NCBI GenBank assembly: GCA_051382295.1
Contig: JBBCAW010000013.1
Coordinates: 64,001 to 128,000, forward strand
Source of the DNA: Bdellovibrionota bacterium FG-1
GTDB lineage: Bacteria > Bdellovibrionota > UBA1018
Length of the DNA: 64,000 nucleotides
Direction of reading: 5' to 3'
Shown: positions 31,114 to 40,691 of the stretch, in pieces
How positions within the stretch are numbered: position 1 is the first letter of the stretch
Layout of the letters: each line of letters begins with the position of its first letter
Position numbers and translations under genes: made by a program
Notes under the pieces: model-generated
Seen by the model: only the letters and a program-made list of their open reading frames with translations
Told to the model about the DNA's origin: nothing
Database searches by the model: none

Positions 31114-31977
31114 ATGTACAAGCACAATCGTCAGCAAGTAGATATCAGTTCCTTGACTGGGTTTGCGGTGCTCGTTTTTGTGAGTTTAACTTTTGCATTC
31201 CTGGCTGTTTGGCATTCTGCAAGAGCAGACTCACTCACGGCTAAGGACATCATGACTCGAAACGAGGACGCCCGCAAAGTCGATGACGTAATTGCGACCG
31301 CTTCAATCACCACAGGGGGGGGGGGCTCCGCCGAAAGGGTCAAAACGTTTACCTGGTGGCGAAAGCTCATGGCAGACCGAGTTCATTTTAACACCCTTAC
31401 GCGTTTCCACACTCCCGCCGAAGTTCGCGGCGAGGGAATTTTATTTGTGGAGCACGATCATGACGAGAACGACGTGCAGATGTACCTCCCCGCCTTCAAA
31501 AAAGTGAGACGGGTGGAGAGCCAAAGCCAAAGTGGCAGTTTCATGGGAAGCGAATTCAGCTATGCTGATATCGCAACCCCTCATGTCGATGATCACCACT
31601 ACTCGTTGCAAAAGGAATCTGAATGCCCCATCGATGGCGGTAAAACCCTGCGCTGTTACGTGGTCGAAGCAACGCCCGTGTCTGAAGCGGTCAAGGAGCG
31701 GACCGGCTATTCAAAAACAATTGAATGGGTTCGACCTGATAACTTTATGGCCGTTAAAGGTGAGTTTTTCGACAAAGAGGGCGTCCTCTGGAAAAAAATG
31801 GAAGCTCATCAGATCAAAGAAGTAGATACCGCCAAGCATAAATACATAGCTCACCAAATCCGGATCGAAAATGCCAAAAGCGGTAAGTTCACCCTCCTGG
31901 AATTTTCGGAAGTCAAGGTCAACACCGGCATTACGGATTCCATTTTTACCGTCCAAAATCTTTCTCGTGAAAAATAA
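31114..31977 (+). CDS. Outer-membrane lipoprotein-sorting (LolA-like) protein
   Basis: F..PAEVRG, YLPAFKKVRR and FMGSEFSY.D motifs. Confidence 0.85.
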   Translation: MYKHNRQQVDISSLTGFAVLVFVSLTFAFLAVWHSARADSLTAKDIMTRNEDARKVDDVIATASITTGGGGSAERVKTFTWWRKLMADRVHFNTLTRFHTPAEVRGEGILFVEHDHDENDVQMYLPAFKKVRRVESQSQSGSFMGSEFSYADIATPHVDDHHYSLQKESECPIDGGKTLRCYVVEATPVSEAVKERTGYSKTIEWVRPDNFMAVKGEFFDKEGVLWKKMEAHQIKEVDTAKHKYIAHQIRIENAKSGKFTLLEFSEVKVNTGITDSIFTVQNLSREK

Positions 31978-33211
31978 TATCGCCCTTGTTTATGCGGCGC
32001 TCACGCTCCCCGGCATTCCACTGACCGGAAAGATCTTCAGCGATATTTATCTTCCAGCACGGGATCTGGATACTTCCAGCTATCACCAAGTTTCAGCCTC
32101 CGCCTGGTTGCAAGGTGACCCAAAACTCGGCGAAAATGGTTACGCGCGCTTTATTTTGACAGCCGACACCCTCGATTCCGCCGCAAATTCCCCGGGCGCC
32201 AACCTAGGCCTTCGCGAGGGCTACGTGGGATACGCCAAAAATGGGTGGGAATTTCGCCTGGGAAGGCAACTCATCCCCTGGGGTAAATCAGATGCATTTA
32301 ACCCCACTGATTATCTTTCGGCAAAAAATTATGCACTTTTTAACCCGGATGACGAAGTCCGGCGTATTGGCAGCACGAGCCTCTGGCTGAATTGGACACC
32401 GACTCAAGGAGCCTCGCCCCTGAGCGTGACCGTGGTTGCCACCCCGGCTTTTCCGCAAAGCCATTTACTGATTCCTTCGTCAGCCATTCCTGCTGGCGTT
32501 ACGCTGGTGCCCCCCCCTCAGACGCCCCCTACGACTTTTGGAAATACTGAGACCGCAATCAAATTGGCTTATACCGGAAACGCGTGGGACGCCTCATTAT
32601 CGGCCTTTCGTGGGTATAACCACATGCCCGAGTTTGCCATCTTCGATATTTCGGGTTCTCCCCTTCAACCTGTGATTACGCTGGTTCAAACCTTTCACCC
32701 CATTCGCGCCGCAGGAGGTGATGCCTCCTTCACTTTTGGAAAATGGATTGGCCGCGCTGAAACCGCTTATTTTTGGACCCAAAATGACGACGGCACCCAA
32801 CCCCTCATCCAACCTTCGCATTGGGACTCGGTCATTGGGGCGGAACGCCCTTTAGGCGATGACTTTCGTTTTCAAGTCCAGGCCATTTACCGATACCACC
32901 CAGCCTTTCAAGAGCCCACCGCACTGGCCAAGGCAAATGCACTCCTCCTAGGCTATCAAGAAAAAAGCCGTCCCGCTGCGACCTTTCGCCTGGCCTATAG
33001 CAATGAAGCCAATGGCTGGGATATTGAGTTGTTTTTAATGGCCAATTTTTCCGGTGGAGACTACCTAGCCAGGCCTAAAGTAACTTATGCATGGACCGAT
33101 GCTGTAAAATCCACCGCCGGAGTTGAGTACTATGGAGGTCCGGATGACCGGCCCTTAGGCGCCCTTAAATCCTACAATTCGGTTTTTATTGAGGGAAAGT
33201 ATGTGTTTTAA
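31967..33211 (+). CDS. Outer-membrane beta-barrel protein (DUF1302-like)
   Basis: LREGY, GRQLIPWG.SD.FNPTD and a C-terminal KYVF beta-signal. Confidence 0.75.
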   Translation: MKNNIALVYAALTLPGIPLTGKIFSDIYLPARDLDTSSYHQVSASAWLQGDPKLGENGYARFILTADTLDSAANSPGANLGLREGYVGYAKNGWEFRLGRQLIPWGKSDAFNPTDYLSAKNYALFNPDDEVRRIGSTSLWLNWTPTQGASPLSVTVVATPAFPQSHLLIPSSAIPAGVTLVPPPQTPPTTFGNTETAIKLAYTGNAWDASLSAFRGYNHMPEFAIFDISGSPLQPVITLVQTFHPIRAAGGDASFTFGKWIGRAETAYFWTQNDDGTQPLIQPSHWDSVIGAERPLGDDFRFQVQAIYRYHPAFQEPTALAKANALLLGYQEKSRPAATFRLAYSNEANGWDIELFLMANFSGGDYLARPKVTYAWTDAVKSTAGVEYYGGPDDRPLGALKSYNSVFIEGKYVF

Positions 33212-33254
33212 GAATTCTTGCGTTAACCTGAGATTATGTTACGTGTAAATTTCT

Positions 33255-33734
33255 ATGCCGGATGAAAAAATCCCAATGACGGTAGTCGGAAAAAAGGCGC
33301 TCGATGAGGAGCTTAAGCGGCTCATGACCGTTGAGCGTCCATCGGTCGTGAAAGCAATCGAGATCGCGCGCGGTCACGGCGATCTTTCGGAAAACGCCGA
33401 TTATTCGGCCGCCAAAGAGCGACAAAGCTTTATTGAGGGCCGTATTCAGGACATTAATGGCAAGATGGCTCGCGCACAAGTCATTGATCCCACCACCATT
33501 AAGTCTGAAAAGATCGTTTTTGGCGCGACCGTCCTGCTGGAAGATCAGGACTCGGGTAACCGGGTGACTTATAAAATTGTGGGAGTCGATGAGGCTGATG
33601 TCAAAAACGGAAAAGTAGGAATCACTTCGCCTATTGCGCGCGCGCTCATCAGCAAAACGGCAGGAGACGAAGTAGTCGTTCATGCCCCCAAGGGACAAAT
33701 TCGTTACGACGTCATCCATATCCGATACGAATAA
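33255..33734 (+). CDS. greA: Transcription elongation factor GreA
   Basis: HGDLSENADY and SPIARAL motifs. Confidence 0.97.
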   Translation: MPDEKIPMTVVGKKALDEELKRLMTVERPSVVKAIEIARGHGDLSENADYSAAKERQSFIEGRIQDINGKMARAQVIDPTTIKSEKIVFGATVLLEDQDSGNRVTYKIVGVDEADVKNGKVGITSPIARALISKTAGDEVVVHAPKGQIRYDVIHIRYE

Positions 33735-35928
33735 ATCGCGCCCCCATTTACCACAAGACACCCCGGTTCAATTTGTTAAGGGTGTAGGGCCACGCCTCGG
33801 TGCGATTTTTGCCAGCCGAGGTGTCCACACGGTTAAGGATTTACTCTTCTTTTTTCCCCGTGCCTACGAGGACCGGAGTCAACTCTTACGGATATCCGAA
33901 CTTAAAGAAGGAACGACCGCCACCGTCGCCGTACGGGTCACTGGCATCCGCCAGATTCCTATCCGCGGGCGCTTCAACAAGTCTATGCTCGAGGTGCGCT
34001 GCACCGACGAAAGCGGAGCCTCGCTCGGACTCAAATGGTTTCATGCACCTAAAGGGATGGAGCAACGTTTCAAACCCGGCATTCAGCTCATTGTTACAGG
34101 CATAATCAAAAATTTCATGGGCCGTCCGGAAATCATCCACCCTGAAATCACTTGGGGCGTCAGCGCCGACACCGACTCAGAACAAGAGAATCACAGCTTT
34201 GGGCGAATTGTCCCCATTTATACCGAAATTGAGGGCGTTTCGAGCCGTATTCTCCGTAAGGTATTATGGGAGGCTCTCGAAAAATACGCGAGCACCCTCA
34301 CCGAAGATCTTCCCACCCCTTTTCTCCAAGCTCACTCGTTACCTCGACTGTCAGAAGCGGTACGCCAGATTCATTTTCCACCGGAACCGCTTGCCTCAAC
34401 CGAAGAAGGCGCAGAAATCGCATCACTGCTAGAATTTGCGACCCCCGCGCACCAACGCCTGATTTATGAGGAATTTTTTAAATTTGAATATTTGATCCTT
34501 CGCCAACGCCTTCGAATGGAGAAGGCCCATGCCCCCCCTCTGGGCAGTGAGGGCGGAAAAGAGGCCCTCTATGCTCTTGAAAGACTTTTGCCCTTTGTTC
34601 TCACCGGCGGCCAAAAAAAAGCCATTCAGGACGTGATGGAAGACCTCCAGAAACCCCATCCTATGAACCGCCTGATCCAAGGGGACGTGGGTTCCGGAAA
34701 AACCGCGGTGGCCTTTCTCACTGCTGGATGCGCGCTGGCCGAGGGCGGCCAGGTCGCATTGATGGTGCCTACAGAAATTTTGGCCGAACAACACTATAAA
34801 AGTGCACTCCAACTTTTCGGCGGACGTCTCAATGTCGCGATTTTAACGGGCAAAACGCCCCAGTCCGAACGCACTTCACTCCAAGGTCGCCTCCAGGCTG
34901 GCGAACCCATTTTGGTGATTGGTACTCACGCTTTGATTGAAGAGCCTGTGATCTTTCCGAACCTGGTTTTTAATTTGGTCGATGAACAGCACCGTTTCGG
35001 AGTCGATCAAAGACGCACGCTGCGGAATAAGGGAATGCACAAGAACCCCGTGACGGGACAAATCACCCTGCCCCACACCTTGATCCTCACTGCCACGCCC
35101 ATTCCTCGTACTCTCGCCTTGACGGCCTACGGCGACCTCTCGGTCAGTAGCATCACTGAGCTTCCGCCTGGGCGCACGCCCATCGTGACTCGAATCGCTC
35201 GCGACCGAACCCAAGTTCTCAGGGCCTACGAGCAAATTCGCAGAGAACTGCAGCAAGGCCATCAGGCCTACTTCATCTATCCCCTCGTCAACAACAGCGA
35301 GGCGGAGGGCTTTACCCAACTCAAATCCGCCGTGGCAGAGGCCGACCGCTTAGCCAAAGAAATGTTTCCAGAATTCAAAGTCGCACTTTTGCATGGCCAG
35401 ATGAAACCCGACGAAAAAGCTGGCATTATGGAGGCGTTTAAAAATCGCGAATTTCATCTTTTGGTCTCCACGACCGTGGTCGAAGTCGGCGTAGACGTGC
35501 CTAACGCCACGGTGATGGTGATCGAGCACGCCGATCGATTTGGCCTCTCCCAACTTCACCAGCTCCGAGGACGCGTGGGGCGTGGAGCCGCACAATCCTT
35601 CTGTTTTCTTTTTGCGCCCCCCCGAAGTGCCGCAACCACGGCACAGAGGCTTGAGGTTCTAGAAGAAACCCAAGACGGCTTCAAAATCGCGGAAGCCGAT
35701 CTCGAAATACGAGGCCCAGGGGAGTTTTTGGGTACACGCCAGGCCGGCGGGCTGCCTTTTCGACTGGCTCATTTAGTCCGCGATCGCCAATGGCTGCTCC
35801 AGGCCCGAGACGATGCCTCAACACTTCTTAAGGAAGATCCAGAACTTATCAAGACTGAACACCTTCCTTTGCGGCAGTATTTTGAAAGAGAAGGTCGAAT
35901 TCAAAGCGACCGTTTGAAAACGTCCTAA
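33682..35928 (+). CDS. recG: ATP-dependent DNA helicase RecG
   Basis: KGVGP, QGDVGSGKT, DEQHRFG, TATPIPRTL and QLHQLRGRVGRG motifs. Confidence 0.97.
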   Translation: MPPRDKFVTTSSISDTNKSRPHLPQDTPVQFVKGVGPRLGAIFASRGVHTVKDLLFFFPRAYEDRSQLLRISELKEGTTATVAVRVTGIRQIPIRGRFNKSMLEVRCTDESGASLGLKWFHAPKGMEQRFKPGIQLIVTGIIKNFMGRPEIIHPEITWGVSADTDSEQENHSFGRIVPIYTEIEGVSSRILRKVLWEALEKYASTLTEDLPTPFLQAHSLPRLSEAVRQIHFPPEPLASTEEGAEIASLLEFATPAHQRLIYEEFFKFEYLILRQRLRMEKAHAPPLGSEGGKEALYALERLLPFVLTGGQKKAIQDVMEDLQKPHPMNRLIQGDVGSGKTAVAFLTAGCALAEGGQVALMVPTEILAEQHYKSALQLFGGRLNVAILTGKTPQSERTSLQGRLQAGEPILVIGTHALIEEPVIFPNLVFNLVDEQHRFGVDQRRTLRNKGMHKNPVTGQITLPHTLILTATPIPRTLALTAYGDLSVSSITELPPGRTPIVTRIARDRTQVLRAYEQIRRELQQGHQAYFIYPLVNNSEAEGFTQLKSAVAEADRLAKEMFPEFKVALLHGQMKPDEKAGIMEAFKNREFHLLVSTTVVEVGVDVPNATVMVIEHADRFGLSQLHQLRGRVGRGAAQSFCFLFAPPRSAATTAQRLEVLEETQDGFKIAEADLEIRGPGEFLGTRQAGGLPFRLAHLVRDRQWLLQARDDASTLLKEDPELIKTEHLPLRQYFEREGRIQSDRLKTS

Positions 35929-36010
35929 TCTTGACATTTCCTTCAACTTTTGCAATTATCAAGAAGTTATCAAAAGCCATCGGGCTACCTAACGGCGGGA
36001 GTTTACAATC

Positions 36011-36433
36011 GTGCCTCATTCCTTACCCAAGCGGCCAAAACTTGTCGGAGCGTTTATTCGCGAACGTCGTGAAGAGCTTGCCATCTCTCAGCGGGCCCTC
36101 GGTTTACTTTTTACCCCCCCGGTAACGACTCAATTTATTTCAAACGTCGAAAGAGGGGTTACGCCACTTCCACCCGTGCACGTCCCCGTACTGGCAAAAG
36201 CTCTGAAGACCAATGAGACTGAAATCATGGCTCTTTTAGAAAAAGAGTACACCTTCAAGCTGTCAGGACGCTTAGGGTTTATTCAAGAAGCCACTCTCAA
36301 TACCCCGCCACAGATGGCCATAGCGGCTGATCATTACGATTTTATTCAAAAATTTTATGAAGCTTTTCGATTAGCCGATCACCAGACCCGCCAATCTTTC
36401 GTGAACCTTTGTGAAACGACCTTGAAAATTTGA
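36011..36433 (+). CDS. XRE-family HTH transcriptional regulator
   Basis: IRERREELAISQ..QFISNVERG; TTGACA at 35931 upstream. Confidence 0.85.
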   Translation: MPHSLPKRPKLVGAFIRERREELAISQRALGLLFTPPVTTQFISNVERGVTPLPPVHVPVLAKALKTNETEIMALLEKEYTFKLSGRLGFIQEATLNTPPQMAIAADHYDFIQKFYEAFRLADHQTRQSFVNLCETTLKI

Positions 36434-36449
36434 GTCCTGCTCTCTTGCT

Positions 36450-37514
36450 TTGGCAATACCCAAGAAGGTATACGTTAGAGAAGAGATGATGATCGATTCA
36501 CCCAGCAAGCCCAGGCCTCCCGGAGCACGCAAAAAAAGCGTGGCTGAACGAATGCGCACGGGGGAACGCCCACCCGTGAGTCACGGTTACGTCAAAGGGT
36601 TTGATGGAACTAAGCTTTTTTATAGTACCGAAGGTCAAGGCAAGCCGCTGGTTTTTTGTTATGGACTCGTTTGTTCGAGTCTTCATTGGACCTACCAGAT
36701 CGAGCATTTTCAGCGCACTCACCAAACCATTTGGTTTGACTATCGCGGACATCAGAACTCTGAAACTCCAAAAGACATGAAGAGTCTCACGGTTCATAAC
36801 ATTGCTCGTGATCTGGGCACGGTTCTGGACGAACTCGGAATTAAGGAAACCGTCATTCTGGGGCACAGTATGGGCGTTAATGTTGTATTGGAGTTTTACC
36901 GCCAACAGCCGGAACGCGTGCTCGGGATGGTGCTTGCGAACGGGACCGCGACACGTCCGCTCGAAAATCTTTTTCGAAACAATGTCGCCCAAAGCGGCTT
37001 TCGCCTTCTGAAAAAGGCCTACGAAAAGTCCCCTGAAGCCGTTTCACTGCTTTGGCGAATGTCCAAGGGGAACGCCTTAGCCCGCACCGCTGTAACCCTG
37101 GGAGGTTTCAATGCGCATCTCACCCCAAAAGCGGATATCGAGCTTTATGTCGATCAAGTATCCGAAATGGACCCCGCCATACTGATTCATTTAATTGAAA
37201 ACTACGAGGAATACGACGCGACGGCATGGCTTCATACGATCCAAGTGCCCACGCTCATCTTGGCTGGCGAACAAGACAATATGACGCCGGTAGAGCAACA
37301 AGAACTCATGAACCAACTGATTCCTCGCAGTCGTTTTGAGCTGATCCGCCACGGCTCCCATTGTCCTCAGATGGATTTACCGGAACTAGTGAACCTCAAA
37401 ATTGAAAAATTTCTGGACGAGATCAACTATGGGTCACAGTCCATTCAGACCACGGGAAACGCCAATCCGACCACTGAGACGCATCCAAGCCCTGATCCAG
37501 AAGCGTCCGTCTAA
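36450..37514 (+). CDS. Alpha/beta hydrolase
   Basis: DYRGH, GHSMG nucleophile elbow, GEQD and SH triad. Start uncertain. Confidence 0.9.
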   Translation: MAIPKKVYVREEMMIDSPSKPRPPGARKKSVAERMRTGERPPVSHGYVKGFDGTKLFYSTEGQGKPLVFCYGLVCSSLHWTYQIEHFQRTHQTIWFDYRGHQNSETPKDMKSLTVHNIARDLGTVLDELGIKETVILGHSMGVNVVLEFYRQQPERVLGMVLANGTATRPLENLFRNNVAQSGFRLLKKAYEKSPEAVSLLWRMSKGNALARTAVTLGGFNAHLTPKADIELYVDQVSEMDPAILIHLIENYEEYDATAWLHTIQVPTLILAGEQDNMTPVEQQELMNQLIPRSRFELIRHGSHCPQMDLPELVNLKIEKFLDEINYGSQSIQTTGNANPTTETHPSPDPEASV

Positions 37515-39426
37515 ACGCCTCTAAACAGAGTTGACCATGGCACTTTCCTTCGCCCACATGAGTCACGGATAGGACCGCCTCAGGTGATTGAAGGCTACCG
37601 TTTTTCAACCGTTCAACCACCTGCTCTACGGTAATACCTAAGCAAGGGCAAAGGGAGTTTTCACCCTGAGTCGGCGCTGGGGACTCCGTCAGGCGAATCG
37701 CCATTCCACGATGAACTTTTTCCTGGCATGCCAATTTTTGCACTCCGTCAACCGTCACCTGACAAAGACCACAACTCCCATCTGGGCAATAAAGAACATC
37801 CTCAGGTCGGCTCTGGCCCGTTTCAAAAAGCGCCACCGTCACCGGAATCTTTTCGCGCACCATGCGACGCTCGCCATCTAGCGTAATATCGACTTTTTCA
37901 GCTGAAAGCTCGGAGCGGCTCACCGCTTTCATAAATATCTCATCCTCAACCGAGGCCGTCCTGGCGCGCTTAACCGACCGCGCTTCCCAAAGTAAATGGG
38001 TTGGAATATCCACCTGCACAAGCTGCGAAACCACCTCATCCGAGCCGTCGTTTAAGGTCTCGTGGACTCGATCTGAGGGCGCCTCCAAAATCTTGAGCAC
38101 TCGCACGCCCCCCATGCGCTCGCCCCGGCGATTAACGGCCACCGCAAATTCGCCTTCTTTCCAAGGTCGAACCCCACGCCAGGGCAAAACCAATGTCGAC
38201 ATAGCGTGCTCGCTATTTTCCTGCAACATCGTAATCGCGCCGCTCGGGCAAGCCTGAACACAAAGACCACAGCCCACGCATTTAGATTCGTTTAAAATTG
38301 CAGCCTCGCGGGGAATACGACCGATCTCGATGGCTCCATGCGGACAAATCGTCATGCAGACCTTGCAAGCAATCTGTTCAAAACACTCGACTGAAGCGAC
38401 CAATCGCTTTTTTTGCTCGGTTTGCGGAGTTCCGCTAAAAGCTCGAATGGCCTTAAAGTCCGTACTGGCCACCCATTTACCTTGATAAGCAGGCACAAAA
38501 GGCTCTTCACGATGGTGAAAAAAGTTTTTCAGTTTCATCCGAGCGCGCTTAAACACCCTCTCAATTTCGTCTTTTTTATCCCTATGCTCTTGAAGATCCG
38601 TGGCCAAGCCTTTGACAATCTTTCCGGCTAGCCAACGACAACGAGTTTCCTCAAGAACCCAGCCTTCGACATCCTCCACTTGGGATGCTCGTGCCGTCTG
38701 TTCCAGTTCAAAAAGCGAAGACCCTGGCGGGTGTTCGCGAATCCCTGCTAAATCCCGAAAAGGCCCGGCGGAAACCACCCTCGCCACCTCTAAAATGCGA
38801 AGTCCACGCGCATCTTGAATGCGCAACTCCCAAAGCAACGCGGCTTTAGGCGAAAGCTTAACGGGTTTAGCCTCGAGCAGTCTGCCCCCGAGCGACTCAA
38901 AACGCCGCTTTTCCACTTCCCATCCCGCAAACCGTTTCGCCCCCCATTGAGCAAAGGACTCAATACAGTAAACTTCGCCCACTCCCGATTCAAGCAAGGA
39001 GATGCCAAAACGAAGCGCCTCATTTCCCGTGCCCAAGATCGCAGTGGCCGGATCCCACTGGACCCGACTTTCTTTTCGCAAACGCTCCGCCGTAAAAAGG
39101 GGGATCAAGCCTTGAGATCTCCAACCCGAGAACGAATCAGGCAGGCAGGCGTTTTGGGTGACTTTAACGATTGCACGGGCATGAATTCGATGGATGCGCT
39201 TTTGGACATCTTCAAGCAGAACGATACCGCCGGTGCCTGGAAGTGGAATCACGCCTTTGACTGAAATCGATTCACCGCCAAAAAGACCGACTTCGAGCCC
39301 CATTTCCGCGCAAAGCGTGGAGAGGGCCCGCAGCCCCGCGGAAGGCCATAGTGATACGCGAGGGCCCGCCACAATCGCGACGTCAAAGCGTCCCTCTCGC
39401 ACGCTGAGCTCGCCTATGCCGTTCAC
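37423..39426 (-). CDS. Fused oxidoreductase: degenerate FAD/NAD domain + 2x[4Fe-4S] + [2Fe-2S] + BFD-like [2Fe-2S]
   Basis: ECFEQIACKVCMTICP, CVGCGLCVQACP, YCPDGSCGLC..LAC and CPC..GKCHGQLC; GTG start at 39426. Confidence 0.8.
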   Translation of the reverse strand: MNGIGELSVREGRFDVAIVAGPRVSLWPSAGLRALSTLCAEMGLEVGLFGGESISVKGVIPLPGTGGIVLLEDVQKRIHRIHARAIVKVTQNACLPDSFSGWRSQGLIPLFTAERLRKESRVQWDPATAILGTGNEALRFGISLLESGVGEVYCIESFAQWGAKRFAGWEVEKRRFESLGGRLLEAKPVKLSPKAALLWELRIQDARGLRILEVARVVSAGPFRDLAGIREHPPGSSLFELEQTARASQVEDVEGWVLEETRCRWLAGKIVKGLATDLQEHRDKKDEIERVFKRARMKLKNFFHHREEPFVPAYQGKWVASTDFKAIRAFSGTPQTEQKKRLVASVECFEQIACKVCMTICPHGAIEIGRIPREAAILNESKCVGCGLCVQACPSGAITMLQENSEHAMSTLVLPWRGVRPWKEGEFAVAVNRRGERMGGVRVLKILEAPSDRVHETLNDGSDEVVSQLVQVDIPTHLLWEARSVKRARTASVEDEIFMKAVSRSELSAEKVDITLDGERRMVREKIPVTVALFETGQSRPEDVLYCPDGSCGLCQVTVDGVQKLACQEKVHRGMAIRLTESPAPTQGENSLCPCLGITVEQVVERLKNGSLQSPEAVLSVTHVGEGKCHGQLCLEAFRRTLLDQGLDASQWSDWRFPWSEWTVTHS

Positions 39427-40691
39427 ACTCTCTCCTTCTCCCCCCCAAAACGCGCACAGGCGCTTCGGGAGTTTCGAACCACATCGGCCAACGGACCATC
39501 GCAACCGGGGATCACGTAAACTTGTTGATCGTCATCCAGGCCCAGACGCCAAGCTGCCTTTTGATCCCATTCGAAAATAGCTCGGGGCTTCATCGCTAAA
39601 ATAGAAAAGCGATCCCATTTCAAAAACGTATGACATAATTCGGACACCGCGCCAAACGACTCGGCGGATCCCCAGCTTTTTCCACCAGCCGGCGAACTCA
39701 CTTGATCTAACGGCACCAAAGCTCCCGCCCGCAACACGGCCAGGCGATTCAAATGTTGCAGGGTGGGCTGCGGAAAGCCTTCGACCTCAGCCCAAACCGC
39801 CATATCCCTAAAAATACCGATCACACTGGGATCCAACGACTCGCGCGACAAAAGCGACCACTGCTCCCAAAGTCTCACCCCCGTGGGCAAAACTGGCGCG
39901 ACTTCAGCCTTCTTTGCTTGTGCCAAAACCCATGGGCTCATTCGCGGGGTCCAAAACACCAGAGCCCCTTCCTTAAGTCGCGCGGTACGAAGGGTTTTTC
40001 CAGCATAAAAGCGCACGCCCCCCGGCATAAGCTCGGTTTGGCTAGCCTGACAAATGACCCCGGCAGGCCCCGCCCGTTCGCGTACAAATTCCAGGAGGCC
40101 ATTTCGATAACGGACCACATCCATGTCCGAAATCTTGGGAATCAATAGTCCGCGACAATTTCCTACGGGCCTGGAAAATCCTGGAAAACGGGTCTCCGCT
40201 TGTGCGCCCTCAAAGATTTGGGGTTTTAACCCAGCATCCGCGGCTTCCACATACAGTTCTTCCAAAAGTTCCCACGGCCAATCACGATCTCGCTCGTTCA
40301 AGGTAATCCAAAGTCGTGAACGACTCCGAACATGGGGGGCTTCAAAATCATGAAACCCCTGTCCCACCCCGCCGCCGGTCCAAAGTTCCACAGCCCCCGG
40401 AAAATCGGGCCGCAGCTCCTCGATCACGCGCTCCGGATCACTCCGCTTTAGACGTCCCGGCATTCGTCTTAAATTAATACTAGCGGCATCCTTATCGGGA
40501 CTCACCGGCCACATGGGATCCAGAGGCAACTCGGAGTCTTCTAAAAAAAAATCACGATCCGGATTCAGCAATAAAACGGTCTTCCCCTGGGCCATCAGAA
40601 AATTTGCCGCCACTAAAGGCGCTAAACCGGTCCCGACTAAAGCCACGTCGTAAACCCCGGCTACCGCAGAAAGCGCCCCCGAAGTTGTCAT
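39423..40691 (-). CDS. Divergent FAD-dependent oxidoreductase-like protein
   Basis: N-terminal YDVALVGTGLAP Rossmann-like motif; the remainder is divergent. Confidence 0.6.
   Translation of the reverse strand: MTTSGALSAVAGVYDVALVGTGLAPLVAANFLMAQGKTVLLLNPDRDFFLEDSELPLDPMWPVSPDKDAASINLRRMPGRLKRSDPERVIEELRPDFPGAVELWTGGGVGQGFHDFEAPHVRSRSRLWITLNERDRDWPWELLEELYVEAADAGLKPQIFEGAQAETRFPGFSRPVGNCRGLLIPKISDMDVVRYRNGLLEFVRERAGPAGVICQASQTELMPGGVRFYAGKTLRTARLKEGALVFWTPRMSPWVLAQAKKAEVAPVLPTGVRLWEQWSLLSRESLDPSVIGIFRDMAVWAEVEGFPQPTLQHLNRLAVLRAGALVPLDQVSSPAGGKSWGSAESFGAVSELCHTFLKWDRFSILAMKPRAIFEWDQKAAWRLGLDDDQQVYVIPGCDGPLADVVRNSRSACARFGGEKERV

Noticed and set aside
33234..33761. 175-aa antisense ORF over greA, and similar ORFs over carB, recA and recG
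   Set aside because: Codon-bias shadows with no independent coding signal.
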